In this document: piece after piece, positions 37,201 to 47,342 of the stretch
Position numbering within the stretch: position 1 is the first letter of the stretch
Layout of the letters: the number at the start of each line of letters is the position of its first letter
Virus record (IMG/VR): IMGVR_UViG_3300008050_000025
Span: 37,826-101,825 of that record
Source of the DNA: a virus
Direction: 5' to 3' (one strand)
DNA: 64,000 bases
Notes under the pieces: model-generated
What the model was told of the DNA's origin: nothing
Databases searched by the model: none
The model's input: only the letters and a program-made list of their open reading frames with translations
Position numbers and translations under genes: made by a program

Positions 37201-38581
37201 TTTGATAATGCTCCCCATTAATCATAATGAACTTGAACTCTCTGTCAAGCTCTTCTAGGATAGCATCAACACAGAACCTAATGTTCTTGTCATGGTCTGT
37301 GGGTGAAAGGTTGAATGTTAGGGAAGTGTTCTCTCTGCTCTCAGAGATGAACGCTGCCAAAGTATTAAAGTCCTGGCATACAGGAGCCTCTGTTTTAAGG
37401 GCGTAGTACAGCAGGAAAGGAAGATATGATTCATACGCTTCGTGGATATCCGAAGATGCTTCGAAGGTTGTAATCTCCCGTGGGAACACGTACTGGATAG
37501 CGTCGAATAGACTTTGCCTTGTCCCCTTGGCTTTATAGATGTATACCGCTTGCCTAAGCTGTGCTCTCCATGAGTTAACGTCACCGCCAACAAACTTCCA
37601 TCCGATAAGTCCTGCTAGGTAATCCAGGAACTCAGGGGGGCATTCGTTAATGTTCATTAGGTCGCCAATCTCTTCAATCAAAGTATCCATGTCATAGAAT
37701 GAATACGAGATAGCTTTCAAGAACGTCATAAGAGGCCCAGCCGAATCGCTCTTGGTAGGAAGCAACCCAGACACATCAATCATATCATGGGAATCTTTAA
37801 TGAAAGATGACTGCCTCTCTTTGGCGTTATACCAAACGTCAATAAGAGTTTTTAGGTTGTCAAGGTTTTGTGTTCCTGACAAATACTTGTCTGTGCTGTT
37901 TACGCTGCTTGTTGTTTGGAACTCGTAAGGGAGGTATCGGTTAAGAGAGGTTGCCTCCTCACGTCCTGTCCAAGTGTAATCGAACAAGCATTGCATAGCA
38001 GTGCTCTCCGTGAACGGCTTACCATAATATACACTGCTGACAATGTAGGGTGTCAGAGTAGATGATAGGGATGTGCTTGTTCCTGCAACTCCGGATGAGT
38101 TAAGGAAGTACATCATTCCAAGAGATGCCACTAGGTCATCGTGTACTTCTCCCGCATCGGATACAGTTGTGTACGGAGTATTTGTGGCAGAGGTTACAAA
38201 GGATGCAGCAGGTGTGTTACAAGCAATATCGGGCTGCACAGTCTCAGTTAGGAACAACGAGAACTCGCTAGGGGATTTGAAGTCGGAGAACGTCTTCCCA
38301 TACCTGTCCAACACATGCTCCTTGAAAACCTGAGGAGTTACGTTTGTGTTCTTGTTTGAGGGAATGGTATATGTCTTAACCTCTGCTTCTGTCAAACCAC
38401 TGACATCAAAGATAAAAGAGTTTTCGTGAGCGAATAGGAGAGTCTTCCCTAGGACCTTGTAGGTGATATCCTCTACAGTGCCATTTTTATAATCCTCATC
38501 CACGTAGATTGCAGGAACCAAGTCCTTAATCTTTTCTACGTAGTTGTACTTATATGAATTCCTATTTCCCTTGTATACCAT
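34262..38581 (-). CDS. Baseplate wedge protein (P2 gpI / T4 gp7-like) with appended carbohydrate-binding-like modules
   Basis: ECPPEFLDYLAGLIGW...WRAQLRQAVYIYKAKGT motif, a C-terminal NLVFNQYFEDGLTDW CBM-like start, and position after the gp6-like gene. Confidence 0.75.
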   Translation of the reverse strand: MVYKGNRNSYKYNYVEKIKDLVPAIYVDEDYKNGTVEDITYKVLGKTLLFAHENSFIFDVSGLTEAEVKTYTIPSNKNTNVTPQVFKEHVLDRYGKTFSDFKSPSEFSLFLTETVQPDIACNTPAASFVTSATNTPYTTVSDAGEVHDDLVASLGMMYFLNSSGVAGTSTSLSSTLTPYIVSSVYYGKPFTESTAMQCLFDYTWTGREEATSLNRYLPYEFQTTSSVNSTDKYLSGTQNLDNLKTLIDVWYNAKERQSSFIKDSHDMIDVSGLLPTKSDSAGPLMTFLKAISYSFYDMDTLIEEIGDLMNINECPPEFLDYLAGLIGWKFVGGDVNSWRAQLRQAVYIYKAKGTRQSLFDAIQYVFPREITTFEASSDIHEAYESYLPFLLYYALKTEAPVCQDFNTLAAFISESRENTSLTFNLSPTDHDKNIRFCVDAILEELDREFKFIMINGEHYQTLPNGDGYKHRGDYTVAVPPWERDRFYATSQITKSMLDRLREILSECNEGSRYGISDEFLDDLISFIETSTGIGNTAETFYFGNNTGVKFFTSSLEIAANMDSVIEGGVPEQVEALDYWNSKSSHIFVAVDVGDIDESNGQDAMTPTVITNISRTLHEFTPFHVTPRMFISIDVSDPMTDMVDSVCLSMVYHADDANTTVLDSHSVSGWLGTSGAGDYFSSLDADLLKLGRVLPAPSDSFWTVFGGGLDRDTSRRRDFKYEIPTEGYARTGRSQPKSTYFYGSSTSGLETTKEVIYKGYNFSGQHFMSPESITYSSVYDASNSPVVDDNEIVYSAPSGNVIGVPVSSTMNLRGVEDLGCDSIVPTRHISDGTIFKALLNRILRLGSKDSTLLDFSHENMQGVELGSGIHDVWTDYRRDFDMNLDGSGFYILDHVFGEGLYNASMLVSGIAGTTETASVLAYTDGSNTPLSSVEFSYIIGTDKIKGKAYRTQDDQLVLVDEKGLVWDKGWNTFPHELDNGNLTNDIQLSGIQFSFHPESDTIAIVNYPHIVDKGCGQRRFIDIHGVSFFQGRHGSNATMRYPLIKNKNLVFNQYFEDGLTDWSSSGADVLTFSSTSDVVSDDLNLSGGFYGVQFSGVQYLSSTANEFIRTESVSSLVAGDMYTLSYDVSAEGTNGSIGYTLLNQTAKKYYDSQTLTWEDTVTVNTPAFQADSDWRTISDSVVMDEEFNVDDAYWLTFGLDSASTGGAAEEVNLRNPNMFRTLSNTLFPDENYNLDLTFDSSGHGESNKVAVRIVTGNKRYQGRTDMSDMFVYDFTRNRWQLEGEALSDSYEVELPDGATSVSIPFHTDNLKGPLNPYTRSLYTGRYESVHDDDTYYYIEITPVMRPHTHPSDLNKPSVRVDSVSLTNTGYGDVPEEYTREEVKSILLFLDTLVSTLHSRDSTITALLGLGSDGGSRHVYLERYGGTFAEGDTAGVTYYTI

Positions 38582-38582
38582 A

Positions 38583-40208
38583 TTACACCAACTCTACATT
38601 GATTTCAAAGTTGTTTAATTGGATGAGTTCATTGAAGCTAACGAACACATCGCTAGAGATGTTATCTACTGAGAAGAACCTAACTTCTGCTGTTTTCAGA
38701 ATGTGATTAGTTAACTCTGAGATGTTGAAGCTTTCTCCAAACTCCCTGTTGTCGATGTGGAAGAACTCAAGCATCTTATCAGCAGACTTTGTTTTGATGT
38801 CTTCGATGTATGGCTCACGGGCTTTGTCTACATAGATTGTGCAAACCAAATCAAGTGTTCTGGCCACTCCGTCTACGATAGTAACCTCATCAGACCACAT
38901 CCTATACTGATTGAGGTACGTAAGAAGCTCTCCTTTGAATGCAAGGCTTGCCCTCTCGACTTGCAAGTCAGAGGCCTTTGCCAGAACATAGATGTCAATC
39001 ATGTTTCCACCTGCCCCACTCTGTCTGAGTGCTGGCATAGCTTTAGCAGTTTGCCCAGCGACGCTAACAAAAGTGTTGGCGAAGGTGTTGTAATCTTCCC
39101 CCGTCACAGCCCTGTATTGTGTACGGAAGAAGTACGGAGCGTACCTCTTTGCGTGTTCTACAGTTTCAGCATTAGACCCTCCGGTAGCTTGAGTAGAGTT
39201 AGTCATTGCTACTGTGAACTCATCAGTACCGTTCTTAGTTATTGGCAAGGCAGAACTAATCTTGCCTGTCACCAAGTCCCCCCTATCTCCGCCACCTGTC
39301 CTATAGAAAACGGAGTAAGTGATGTTAGCCTGTGGGCTTGCTCCTCTGATTCCATCGCCAAAGTAAAGTGTCGTTGAGTAGTCTGAATTGTACCTCTTCT
39401 CAAACACCCTCTCCGTTCCACTCTTGGCCAAGGCCATGTTATGGATTTCGGAGTAGATGTGCCCGTCACTAGCAGAGACAAACAAGCTCCCTTCAATCAC
39501 AGAAGGGGTAGAAATATCAATCGACTTCTGCGTCTGCCTAGGTGAGAAGGTTCCGGTCAGTGTGTGGTAAACTCCCTCCAGTAACACTAGGCCTTCAAAG
39601 ATGTCAGCAACCTCATCGTAGTAGGTAACGTCTAACGATAGGTCCTCAATGTTTCCAGCAGAAGATTGGTCGATAAGCCCTGTGGCCAAGTCAGTCTTGT
39701 ACAGGGTATATGACAAAGGCTTACCATCTCTTTGTGATGCCAAGGTGATAGTCCTATCTGCTTTAGCAATGGACATTGTATCAGCGCCAGTGAAAGAAAA
39801 ACCTTTCGGAGTCAAAGTCGCGGAACACTTACTTGCGATAGGCCCTTTCATCTGAATACCAATCAACTCAAGCATACCCATAAGGTGCTCAGTAGTTTGG
39901 ACAGTTGGGAAGAACTTCTCGTTAGCCAAGTAGTCAGCTTTCAAACTGTTGGTAGCGGCAGCGTATGCGATAAGGTCAATCCAGAACATACCAAAGTCTG
40001 ACTCAACGAAGTTGTTATACTGGTCGAGGCTGACAGCCTTTAGGTAAGTAATGAACGCTGCTTTGTACTCATCGAAATCAGCGACAGAGTAATCAATAAG
40101 GTCCTTCTTATCACTCTCTTGAATAGCTCCGAGAGCCATGAAGTCTGACTCAATAGTGCCGTCAAACGCAGAGGCATTGTAAGTTGTGTTGAAAGGAAAA
40201 GTTCCCAT
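38583..40208 (-). CDS. Baseplate wedge subunit (T4 gp6 / baseplate J-like)
   Basis: DF...K, NNFVESD.G, YFGDGIRG, YRTGGG, ATGG...E and RAVTGEDY motifs. Confidence 0.92.
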   Translation of the reverse strand: MGTFPFNTTYNASAFDGTIESDFMALGAIQESDKKDLIDYSVADFDEYKAAFITYLKAVSLDQYNNFVESDFGMFWIDLIAYAAATNSLKADYLANEKFFPTVQTTEHLMGMLELIGIQMKGPIASKCSATLTPKGFSFTGADTMSIAKADRTITLASQRDGKPLSYTLYKTDLATGLIDQSSAGNIEDLSLDVTYYDEVADIFEGLVLLEGVYHTLTGTFSPRQTQKSIDISTPSVIEGSLFVSASDGHIYSEIHNMALAKSGTERVFEKRYNSDYSTTLYFGDGIRGASPQANITYSVFYRTGGGDRGDLVTGKISSALPITKNGTDEFTVAMTNSTQATGGSNAETVEHAKRYAPYFFRTQYRAVTGEDYNTFANTFVSVAGQTAKAMPALRQSGAGGNMIDIYVLAKASDLQVERASLAFKGELLTYLNQYRMWSDEVTIVDGVARTLDLVCTIYVDKAREPYIEDIKTKSADKMLEFFHIDNREFGESFNISELTNHILKTAEVRFFSVDNISSDVFVSFNELIQLNNFEINVELV

Positions 40209-40636
40209 TATTTCATTATCAGGTTTAGGTCTTCTTCTACTCCAGGCTGATTCCTAAAGTAGACGGTTGTTTGAATAAGGATGCTGTTGCTATCGCTCTC
40301 GTTTCCTTGGGCTAATTGGCCAATCCTTACAGGTCCAATTCTTAAGCGTGGGAAGTACCGCGACACCAAGGCCTCTATTTCTATTTGAATGTCTCGTAGA
40401 ACTGAGTCAGTGAATTGGTCAAAGAGCCTTCTTCGGATAGTAGTTCCGAAGTCAGGGTACATTACTCGCTCACCCTTCTGAGTCTTTATCCCTTGAACCA
40501 ACCCATCTATAATGGTTTGATTGTCCGTGGATAGGGCAAAGTATCCTCCCTCGGAGTCTCCCATGGGAAACTTCATACCTCTAACGACTGACCTTCGTGA
40601 TGTCGTTACATAATCAAGTGTGTATCCATATGCCAT
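40208..40636 (-). CDS. Baseplate wedge protein (T4 gp25 / GPW-like)
   Basis: TQKGERVMYPDFGT..RR.LF and YFPRL motifs. Confidence 0.92.
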   Translation of the reverse strand: MAYGYTLDYVTTSRRSVVRGMKFPMGDSEGGYFALSTDNQTIIDGLVQGIKTQKGERVMYPDFGTTIRRRLFDQFTDSVLRDIQIEIEALVSRYFPRLRIGPVRIGQLAQGNESDSNSILIQTTVYFRNQPGVEEDLNLIMK

Positions 40637-43554
40637 TATACTCGGATGTTCTTAAAGAATCCTTCCTGCGCTTCATAGTTTTGAAGCACTTCTTTAGTAT
40701 TTAGAGGCTTACCATACATCTTGAAACTACCCACGAATCCATCTAGCCCACTTCTAGGGATGTCTCTTTCCACTCCGCTGTACAAGGCTCCGCCGATGGA
40801 AGGGTCATGCTGACCGTAGACAGCACCGCTGGCATCCAGGGTACTCTCAAAGTAGGAATCATTGGTGTTGGACCCTAGGAAGCCCAGGGGTGTTGTCGCC
40901 GCTCCCACGTAGCTCTCAAGGGACGCAGAGCGTCCTACCGAGTCTGTGAACCCACCTCCAACAATCCAAGGAGTGAATATTGGAATACCTACGGGAGGAG
41001 CCAGGGAACCTTCATGCAAACTTTCCACAAATCTGCTTGACTCTACCCCATGACTTATATTGTCAACCGAGTTAGCTGCCGATGGAACCTGCAAAGGCGT
41101 TCCCGGTGACAGTGCAAACAAGGTTGAGATACTTCCTGAGGATACCAACTTGGAGTCAATGTAAACGGAAACAAGGTCTGCACGATAGTCAAAAGTGACG
41201 GCACAGTGCGTAAAGATACCGGAACAATCAAGGACTGTTTTGTTGTCTTCTGTAGTCTCATCAAATGATACGTACAGACCTAATTTTGATTTGTTAGAAG
41301 TGCGAGGGTCAAGACCACTCAACGACTCAGCGATAGCCACGCTGGGACCCCATCTTCCGTGTTGGTGGTTCTGAGATACAGTTGGGAAGATTCCAAACTC
41401 TACCGATGATGCATCGGGGGTTCCTGAAACATAATCATCGGCTAACCTGTAGCCAATTGACAGCCCGTGAACCTTATCGTAGTCTCTGCCGGAACTATTG
41501 TTCGGGGAGGCTGTAACGATTTCCTGGTTAGCTCCACCAGTGTTCTCGCATGATACAAGAATTCTATACTGGTGAGACTCATTCATATTTGATACTAAGT
41601 CAGGGATGTGTACCCAAGACTCAATAGAGAAACCCTTACTGTTATACGTTAGGTCATCAAGCTTGGCCGAGCCTCTGTTGAGAGCGCCATCTTTAATATT
41701 GTTTGGCATTCTAACATATGACCCTTTCGGTACTGCGGCGTACCAAGGCTCAGGGTTCTCAGAAAGCTCAGCGTCATACAGTGTCCCCCTCAGGAACGGA
41801 ATACCGACCCCAGAAGTAAACACGCTAGATACATCCGAAGCAACCATCTTACCATTCAGGGCAGGAGAACTGTTAGCTTCGTTATCGAGATTATAAGCTG
41901 TACTCGACGGAGAGGTCACTACGCCCTTCAAAAAGTTATAGCATACGACCAATTTATCCATGACAATGTTATCTGTCAGAGATTTGACGAAAGGCTCTAC
42001 ACCGGAAACATCACCATCTCCACTAACATGAACGAAATCACCAACTCCAGGAGGAGCTACGGTAAAGTCTTTCAAGAAGATAGTTTGCCTCTTATCGGAT
42101 ACAGTGTAGGCTACTTTGTAAGGCCTAATAATGTCTGCCACATCTGCTGACTGCATGAAGCCTCGCTTCTGTACATCAATGGTTGGTTGGATACCTGTAC
42201 CATTCAAGAAGGAGAAATCATTGACAGGTATTCGTGGAAGGATATCGTAGACAGCAATACCTACGCCTCTAAAGATGGCAATGGTGTCTCCAACCAATGT
42301 CCACCCTGGAGAACCCTCCCCCGACATATATGGAGTGGCCCTGCCATCTCTAATTTTCTGCAAGATGTAGCCTGCTCCCACTGGGAAATCATTCGTAGTG
42401 ATAACGAAGTCTCCGAACAGCCCTGCTAGCTGTAGTTGTTTCTTTCTTTTCTTCTTCTCTTCCTCGTAACTGTTTGAGATTGCTGCCAAGCTTCTCTTGT
42501 AGTTCATAACAAGGGCAGCGGTGTCCGAATATCCTGAGAGAGTCAGGTCAGTGATTTGAGCGGATACAGTTGTGACCTGTGAGATACGGTCGTCTTCAAT
42601 CCCTTGCAGAATATCGTCGGTATCATACAAGCTCATAACCGCTTCGTTGACATCAGTGAACTCAGGGGAGAACACGGTATTAGAGTACTCTAACAAATCA
42701 AACGCATCGTAACCAATACCCTTACCTCCTTGGTTGGGGGCAGAGTTTAGCTTCCAGGAGTCGTACAGAATCTCAGCGACATCGTTCTCTGGAATGCCTC
42801 CACTTCTTGAGTCATAGTAAAGGCCATCCTCCGACAAAATGTATTTGCCTTGGATGCTGACGGGAGGGCCGTAGATGAGGTCGTAAGGGGACTCCTCCTC
42901 TTCGTCATCTCCTGCAATCTGCAATAGTAGAGCTTGCACAACTGCCTTACTGTTCTTGAAAGGAGTCACAATCTTAGTGTTGACAAACTCCTTATGTTCT
43001 GCAATCTTATCAATTTCCTCCTGGGAAAGCGCAGCGCCTCCAGCAGATGCTTCAATACCTGAGTAGTTTAGGACAGGTTCCTGCGAAGTCCCGTCAACCC
43101 TTTCCGATAGGATTTCAACAATCTTATCCAGGTCAGCATTGAGGTATTGCAAAGTAGTACTTAGTGTTCCCCGTTCATTTTGCAAGGACAACAAGCTTGC
43201 GGTTGGGGAAACAAGTACTGCCTCATCTCCAACGGTGTCTGAAATAGAATCAATTACATCGGGCAAAGAAGCGGTCGAGCCTCCTTGAGCAAAGATGTCA
43301 TCATTTCCCATACCCGCGCTAACAGCTACGGATAGTGCAGCAAGCTCTACGTGTACAGGGCCTACCGTCTTGTTTCCTCCAGTTGCGAGGTTCTGACTGT
43401 CCTGAGCAATTGAAATCTTCTTGTCAAGCACGGTAACTTTGGACTTCAAAGATACTGCCCTTTCGGTAAGCAAGTTCGAAAGCCCTGTCAGTGCAATCGT
43501 TGAAAGAGAGGCAAGTGCCTCTTTCGTGATGGGTGTGTGCGTAACATTAGCCAT
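40636..43554 (-). CDS. Baseplate-associated protein with C-terminal LamG/concanavalin-like domain
   Basis: Helical N-terminus, then FSIESWVH, THCAVTFD, VYID and GSFKMYGKPL...EV.QNY motifs. Confidence 0.7.
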   Translation of the reverse strand: MANVTHTPITKEALASLSTIALTGLSNLLTERAVSLKSKVTVLDKKISIAQDSQNLATGGNKTVGPVHVELAALSVAVSAGMGNDDIFAQGGSTASLPDVIDSISDTVGDEAVLVSPTASLLSLQNERGTLSTTLQYLNADLDKIVEILSERVDGTSQEPVLNYSGIEASAGGAALSQEEIDKIAEHKEFVNTKIVTPFKNSKAVVQALLLQIAGDDEEEESPYDLIYGPPVSIQGKYILSEDGLYYDSRSGGIPENDVAEILYDSWKLNSAPNQGGKGIGYDAFDLLEYSNTVFSPEFTDVNEAVMSLYDTDDILQGIEDDRISQVTTVSAQITDLTLSGYSDTAALVMNYKRSLAAISNSYEEEKKKRKKQLQLAGLFGDFVITTNDFPVGAGYILQKIRDGRATPYMSGEGSPGWTLVGDTIAIFRGVGIAVYDILPRIPVNDFSFLNGTGIQPTIDVQKRGFMQSADVADIIRPYKVAYTVSDKRQTIFLKDFTVAPPGVGDFVHVSGDGDVSGVEPFVKSLTDNIVMDKLVVCYNFLKGVVTSPSSTAYNLDNEANSSPALNGKMVASDVSSVFTSGVGIPFLRGTLYDAELSENPEPWYAAVPKGSYVRMPNNIKDGALNRGSAKLDDLTYNSKGFSIESWVHIPDLVSNMNESHQYRILVSCENTGGANQEIVTASPNNSSGRDYDKVHGLSIGYRLADDYVSGTPDASSVEFGIFPTVSQNHQHGRWGPSVAIAESLSGLDPRTSNKSKLGLYVSFDETTEDNKTVLDCSGIFTHCAVTFDYRADLVSVYIDSKLVSSGSISTLFALSPGTPLQVPSAANSVDNISHGVESSRFVESLHEGSLAPPVGIPIFTPWIVGGGFTDSVGRSASLESYVGAATTPLGFLGSNTNDSYFESTLDASGAVYGQHDPSIGGALYSGVERDIPRSGLDGFVGSFKMYGKPLNTKEVLQNYEAQEGFFKNIRV

Positions 43555-44485
43555 AGGTCAATACAGGAGAACCATTTACAATCACTCCCCAGTTAATACT
43601 CATCGGATGCCCATCTACCTCAATTGGTACAGGCGGGAAGTCCGACACAATATCTATCACACCATGGCTAGAAATGTTAATACCACCTTGGCCATTGTTG
43701 GTTATGTCTATATCTCCTACGGACATAGGGTTTTCTACAGATATGCTGGCGAAGTCCTTGGCCCTAACATTGGCCCCACCATAGCTCACTACTTCCACGG
43801 TCTTGTTGGCCGTGTCAATGTGGAGCCTGTTTCCATCCTCGTCTGATATGATGAGCCTAGCGCCCTTGCTGTATTCCTCTTTAGATGGGTTCGAAAGGGA
43901 AGGGAAGCTTTGAGGTGTTTCCCCATTAGCAGCGTCATAAGGGGAATCATCCATTAGGATAACCTTTCCAGCCGCACTTCTAACAGTGATACCAGAGCGC
44001 ACCCTATCTCCTGTCTTCTTTTGCGACATTGAGAAAGAGTGCCCTCCTTTGGATTTCCATGTTTCAACATCAGGAATTCCATTATCTGCGTAGGTATCAA
44101 TAGGGTCAGGGTTCCCATGAGAAAGGAAAGGGGAAGTATCTTCTGAGTCTCTGTCCCCAAGGCCTGTCTGAGCAGACCTATCTGTGTGGGCTGCATCCTT
44201 TGAGTAAGGAGAGCCATCTTTGTCGGGAGTGTTGTGGGCAGGTAAGAACACTACAGAAAGCCATACCCACTTGTAGTCAACATCTGAAATGTTTACTTTC
44301 GTAATGAGAACGTTGGCCCATTTGCCTGGAACTCCGAAGATACCAGCGCCGCCTCCCCCAGTTGGAGATGTTGCGTAACATGAAAAAGGCAAACCACCAT
44401 TCACATGAGGGTTTACAACTTTAACCATACCTCCTGCATACGGGTCGTTTACCGAAACTACTTGTGCGACATATATCTTACTCAT
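43547..44485 (-). CDS. Baseplate central spike (gp5/VgrG OB-fold), lysozyme-less
   Basis: AQVVSVNDP...G.VKV, GGGGAGIFGVP...V, KSKGGH and beta-repeat C-terminus. Confidence 0.8.
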   Translation of the reverse strand: MSKIYVAQVVSVNDPYAGGMVKVVNPHVNGGLPFSCYATSPTGGGGAGIFGVPGKWANVLITKVNISDVDYKWVWLSVVFLPAHNTPDKDGSPYSKDAAHTDRSAQTGLGDRDSEDTSPFLSHGNPDPIDTYADNGIPDVETWKSKGGHSFSMSQKKTGDRVRSGITVRSAAGKVILMDDSPYDAANGETPQSFPSLSNPSKEEYSKGARLIISDEDGNRLHIDTANKTVEVVSYGGANVRAKDFASISVENPMSVGDIDITNNGQGGINISSHGVIDIVSDFPPVPIEVDGHPMSINWGVIVNGSPVLTYG

Positions 44486-47043
44486 TTAAAATCCCCATCC
44501 CTTGTGGCGACAGGGTTTCTAACCAAATTAAACTCAGTCAACAGCCCTGTCTCCTTTGTGTATGTATGAGTGTATCCTACAAGTTCATAAAACCCAGACA
44601 ACCAGTGCTGTGCCTCTCCTGGCTTCCTAATCTCCGCAACCTTCAATCGTACCTTTCTACTCCCCCTTGTTCCAATATCTGCCAAGGGATTACTTATCTC
44701 CGGGATGCCCAACGTCTTCACTGTGATTTGGAACGAAGCGTTAGACACAAGGTAATCATGCATAAGGGTTCTCTCTAGGTTAGCAACCTCTTCGTCACCG
44801 TGATTTGAAAGGTAACTGAACAAGGTATCGTTCAGGGCTATAGACTTGAAGTTGTTGTGTGTTTCGACACGCATCCTCCCGTCCTCGTATTCATACGTAT
44901 AAGTCTTCTCAACGCCATCTTTAAAGATTCTGAACATGTCTTCGTCATCCGCTAGTGCTGCAAAAGCTGTAGCATACTTTGAATCCGATACCACCTGCCT
45001 TTCATAGGAGGTAGTTTCTCCACGGCTAGAACGAGTAGCCCAATCTTTGTAGAAGTTAAGGAACGAAGTTCCTCCCTCTTTTCTAGCTTGGTCAAACTTA
45101 TTGATGAGCTTAAGGTAAACTAGCCCAACCCCTTCTTCAGTAGCTATGTCAGATATGTCTCTGAACAGAACTTCCACAATATCCCACACGCCATCTACCT
45201 TATAGGCAGATGCGATGTCTTTGAAAATACTAAATGATTTCATAGAGGTTGGGTACATCGGGAGGATTGACTCATGGAAATCAATATCCACAACAATAGA
45301 ATCTTTGTAACCCTGTGCCAATTCTAAAGTGTTCCCAACTTGTAGCCCTGGGAATGAATCAAGCGCCAGAGCATCGAGGTCAGCCTTCGTGTCTTTATGA
45401 AGCTTAGAACGAATGCTCTGCTTGCTGGAGATAAGCATTATTGCCTCGTCATCAGAGATGCCTGGAGGAACAATACTTGCGAGAAGGCTTTGTTCCTCTG
45501 CTGACAAGGTTGCCCATGACACTTGCATCAATGTAAGCGCACCACCATCGCTTCCAATCAGAGGTAGCAACGCTTTGTTTATCTTCTCGACTATGCTAAG
45601 GATTTTACTCCTTGAATTGTCGGATGTTGATTTGGTGAGAAATGCCTTACCATAGCTATTACCTAGGTTAAGGGTTTCACGCGAAGGCGACCACTTGACC
45701 ACTTTGTTTATATCAGAAGTACTATCAATCTCTAGGCTTGTGCGAACAGTATTGCATTCATTTGATAACGAGTTTATGAAGGAGAAGCTGTAACGCACTT
45801 CCCATACATCTGAGTCGGGATGTGTTCTGTGTGTATACCTTCCCGATGCTCTTGGCGCATTTGGATTAAGAGTGCTTACCATTGAAGCAACTGACAAGCT
45901 CATAGGCTGTCCACCTACTCTGGCCATGAAGTCATTCTTGCCTGTGGAGGGATTAGGTTTGATAGACGTAGCAGGAAATGCAAGACCAGAAAGGTCAGGG
46001 TTGTCAAGTACTTCCCGAACAGTACCGACCCACTCTGTACCTGAGTATATTGAATCATTGTCAGGTACTTTAAGGTCAAGTCCTACGATAACACTGTCTG
46101 AGATACTAGCTGTAGCAGCGGCTGTTTGCTCACTCGCACCTCCTGGCAAGGAGTTTCTTGAGTCAGAAACTTCTTCCACTTCTCTTTCCTCACGACCGAA
46201 AGATGTCTCAATTCCAAACTCTTCCAGTAATATCTGGAACGCCATCAGTCTATGCAATTCAGTAGGAACACCTACCTTCACTGATACCCAGTTCAAAGCC
46301 TCCGCCAACAAGTCACCTACAACAGTATTTGTACTGACCACCTCCTGTCCTAGACCGCCGTAGGCAACATTGCCGTTCAAGGATTCCCCTGAGAGTTTGT
46401 CTACGAGAATCTCGTAGTAGTCTTCGATAGCTTTCCCAACACCGTTATCTCCTTGAAGGAACACAACGGGAACAACGCCATTGAATGTTGACATGAACTT
46501 ACCTAAAAGCTCACTAACAACTTCACTTGGTTTCCGCAAGGAGTCATCTTTAATGCAATCAACTTCTGTTTGTACCACAGTTTTAGAGGATACGTGTGCT
46601 GGGTCTTTCCTACTAGCCGCTGTAAACTGGTCAACTAGAGTAAGGACAATGACACGCTCATCTGTAGAGGAGTTCCTGTAGTTTATATCAACCAGCGTAC
46701 ATGGAACAATGCGCGAGATACCATCTTCCTTTGTGTCACCATATCCCCACCTCAAGTAGAACACTAGAGATTTGAAATCAAGCTCAGCAATAGAAGTGTC
46801 ATCTCGACCTTTCAGGAAATACATCCTGTACAGTTGGAGGATATTATCTTCGAAGGCCAAGGAAGGATTTATGATTGTGATGGTCATGTTGAGAGTACCG
46901 ACACCTTTACCATTGAACGTGTATGTGAAATCCTTCAACGACTCCTTAAACCCCATAGGGTCGGAGTAGTTTGCTAGGTTATCCAAATCCTCTTTGAAAG
47001 GACTCATGTAAAACCTAGAAGTCTTGTCTGTGTACGCTACCAT
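44482..47043 (-). CDS. Putative baseplate hub protein (gp27-like)
   Basis: LRWGYG N-terminal motif and C-terminal ITVKTLGIP...WLSGFY.LVGYTH...TEFNL; located between the gp53-like and gp5-like genes. Confidence 0.7.
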   Translation of the reverse strand: MVAYTDKTSRFYMSPFKEDLDNLANYSDPMGFKESLKDFTYTFNGKGVGTLNMTITIINPSLAFEDNILQLYRMYFLKGRDDTSIAELDFKSLVFYLRWGYGDTKEDGISRIVPCTLVDINYRNSSTDERVIVLTLVDQFTAASRKDPAHVSSKTVVQTEVDCIKDDSLRKPSEVVSELLGKFMSTFNGVVPVVFLQGDNGVGKAIEDYYEILVDKLSGESLNGNVAYGGLGQEVVSTNTVVGDLLAEALNWVSVKVGVPTELHRLMAFQILLEEFGIETSFGREEREVEEVSDSRNSLPGGASEQTAAATASISDSVIVGLDLKVPDNDSIYSGTEWVGTVREVLDNPDLSGLAFPATSIKPNPSTGKNDFMARVGGQPMSLSVASMVSTLNPNAPRASGRYTHRTHPDSDVWEVRYSFSFINSLSNECNTVRTSLEIDSTSDINKVVKWSPSRETLNLGNSYGKAFLTKSTSDNSRSKILSIVEKINKALLPLIGSDGGALTLMQVSWATLSAEEQSLLASIVPPGISDDEAIMLISSKQSIRSKLHKDTKADLDALALDSFPGLQVGNTLELAQGYKDSIVVDIDFHESILPMYPTSMKSFSIFKDIASAYKVDGVWDIVEVLFRDISDIATEEGVGLVYLKLINKFDQARKEGGTSFLNFYKDWATRSSRGETTSYERQVVSDSKYATAFAALADDEDMFRIFKDGVEKTYTYEYEDGRMRVETHNNFKSIALNDTLFSYLSNHGDEEVANLERTLMHDYLVSNASFQITVKTLGIPEISNPLADIGTRGSRKVRLKVAEIRKPGEAQHWLSGFYELVGYTHTYTKETGLLTEFNLVRNPVATRDGDFK

Positions 47044-47342
47044 TACAACACAGGGATTTTTATCTCTGCACCAACATATAGGTCTTCTTTGATGTCGTTT
47101 ACTGAATTAGCTAAAACAATCACCCACCAATAGCCGGGAGTTCCATATGCAGCCTGTGAGATAAGGTCAGGCCTTCCTGCCATAGCTGGAGACAGGACGG
47201 CAATCTTGTAATCCTTCTTACCGATTGATACATAGAACTCGTTATACTTCTCGGAAGAAGTAATGTCTTTTATGGCCTTGCCCCTGTGATTTACAATCTT
47301 GGGCGTGAAAACTTTATACCTCGACTTGTCATCATAATCCAT
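47043..47342 (-). CDS. Baseplate wedge protein (T4 gp53 / LysM-like)
   Basis: GRPDLIS..AYG....WWVI..AN...L..G..IKIP motif. Confidence 0.88.
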   Translation of the reverse strand: MDYDDKSRYKVFTPKIVNHRGKAIKDITSSEKYNEFYVSIGKKDYKIAVLSPAMAGRPDLISQAAYGTPGYWWVIVLANSVNDIKEDLYVGAEIKIPVL

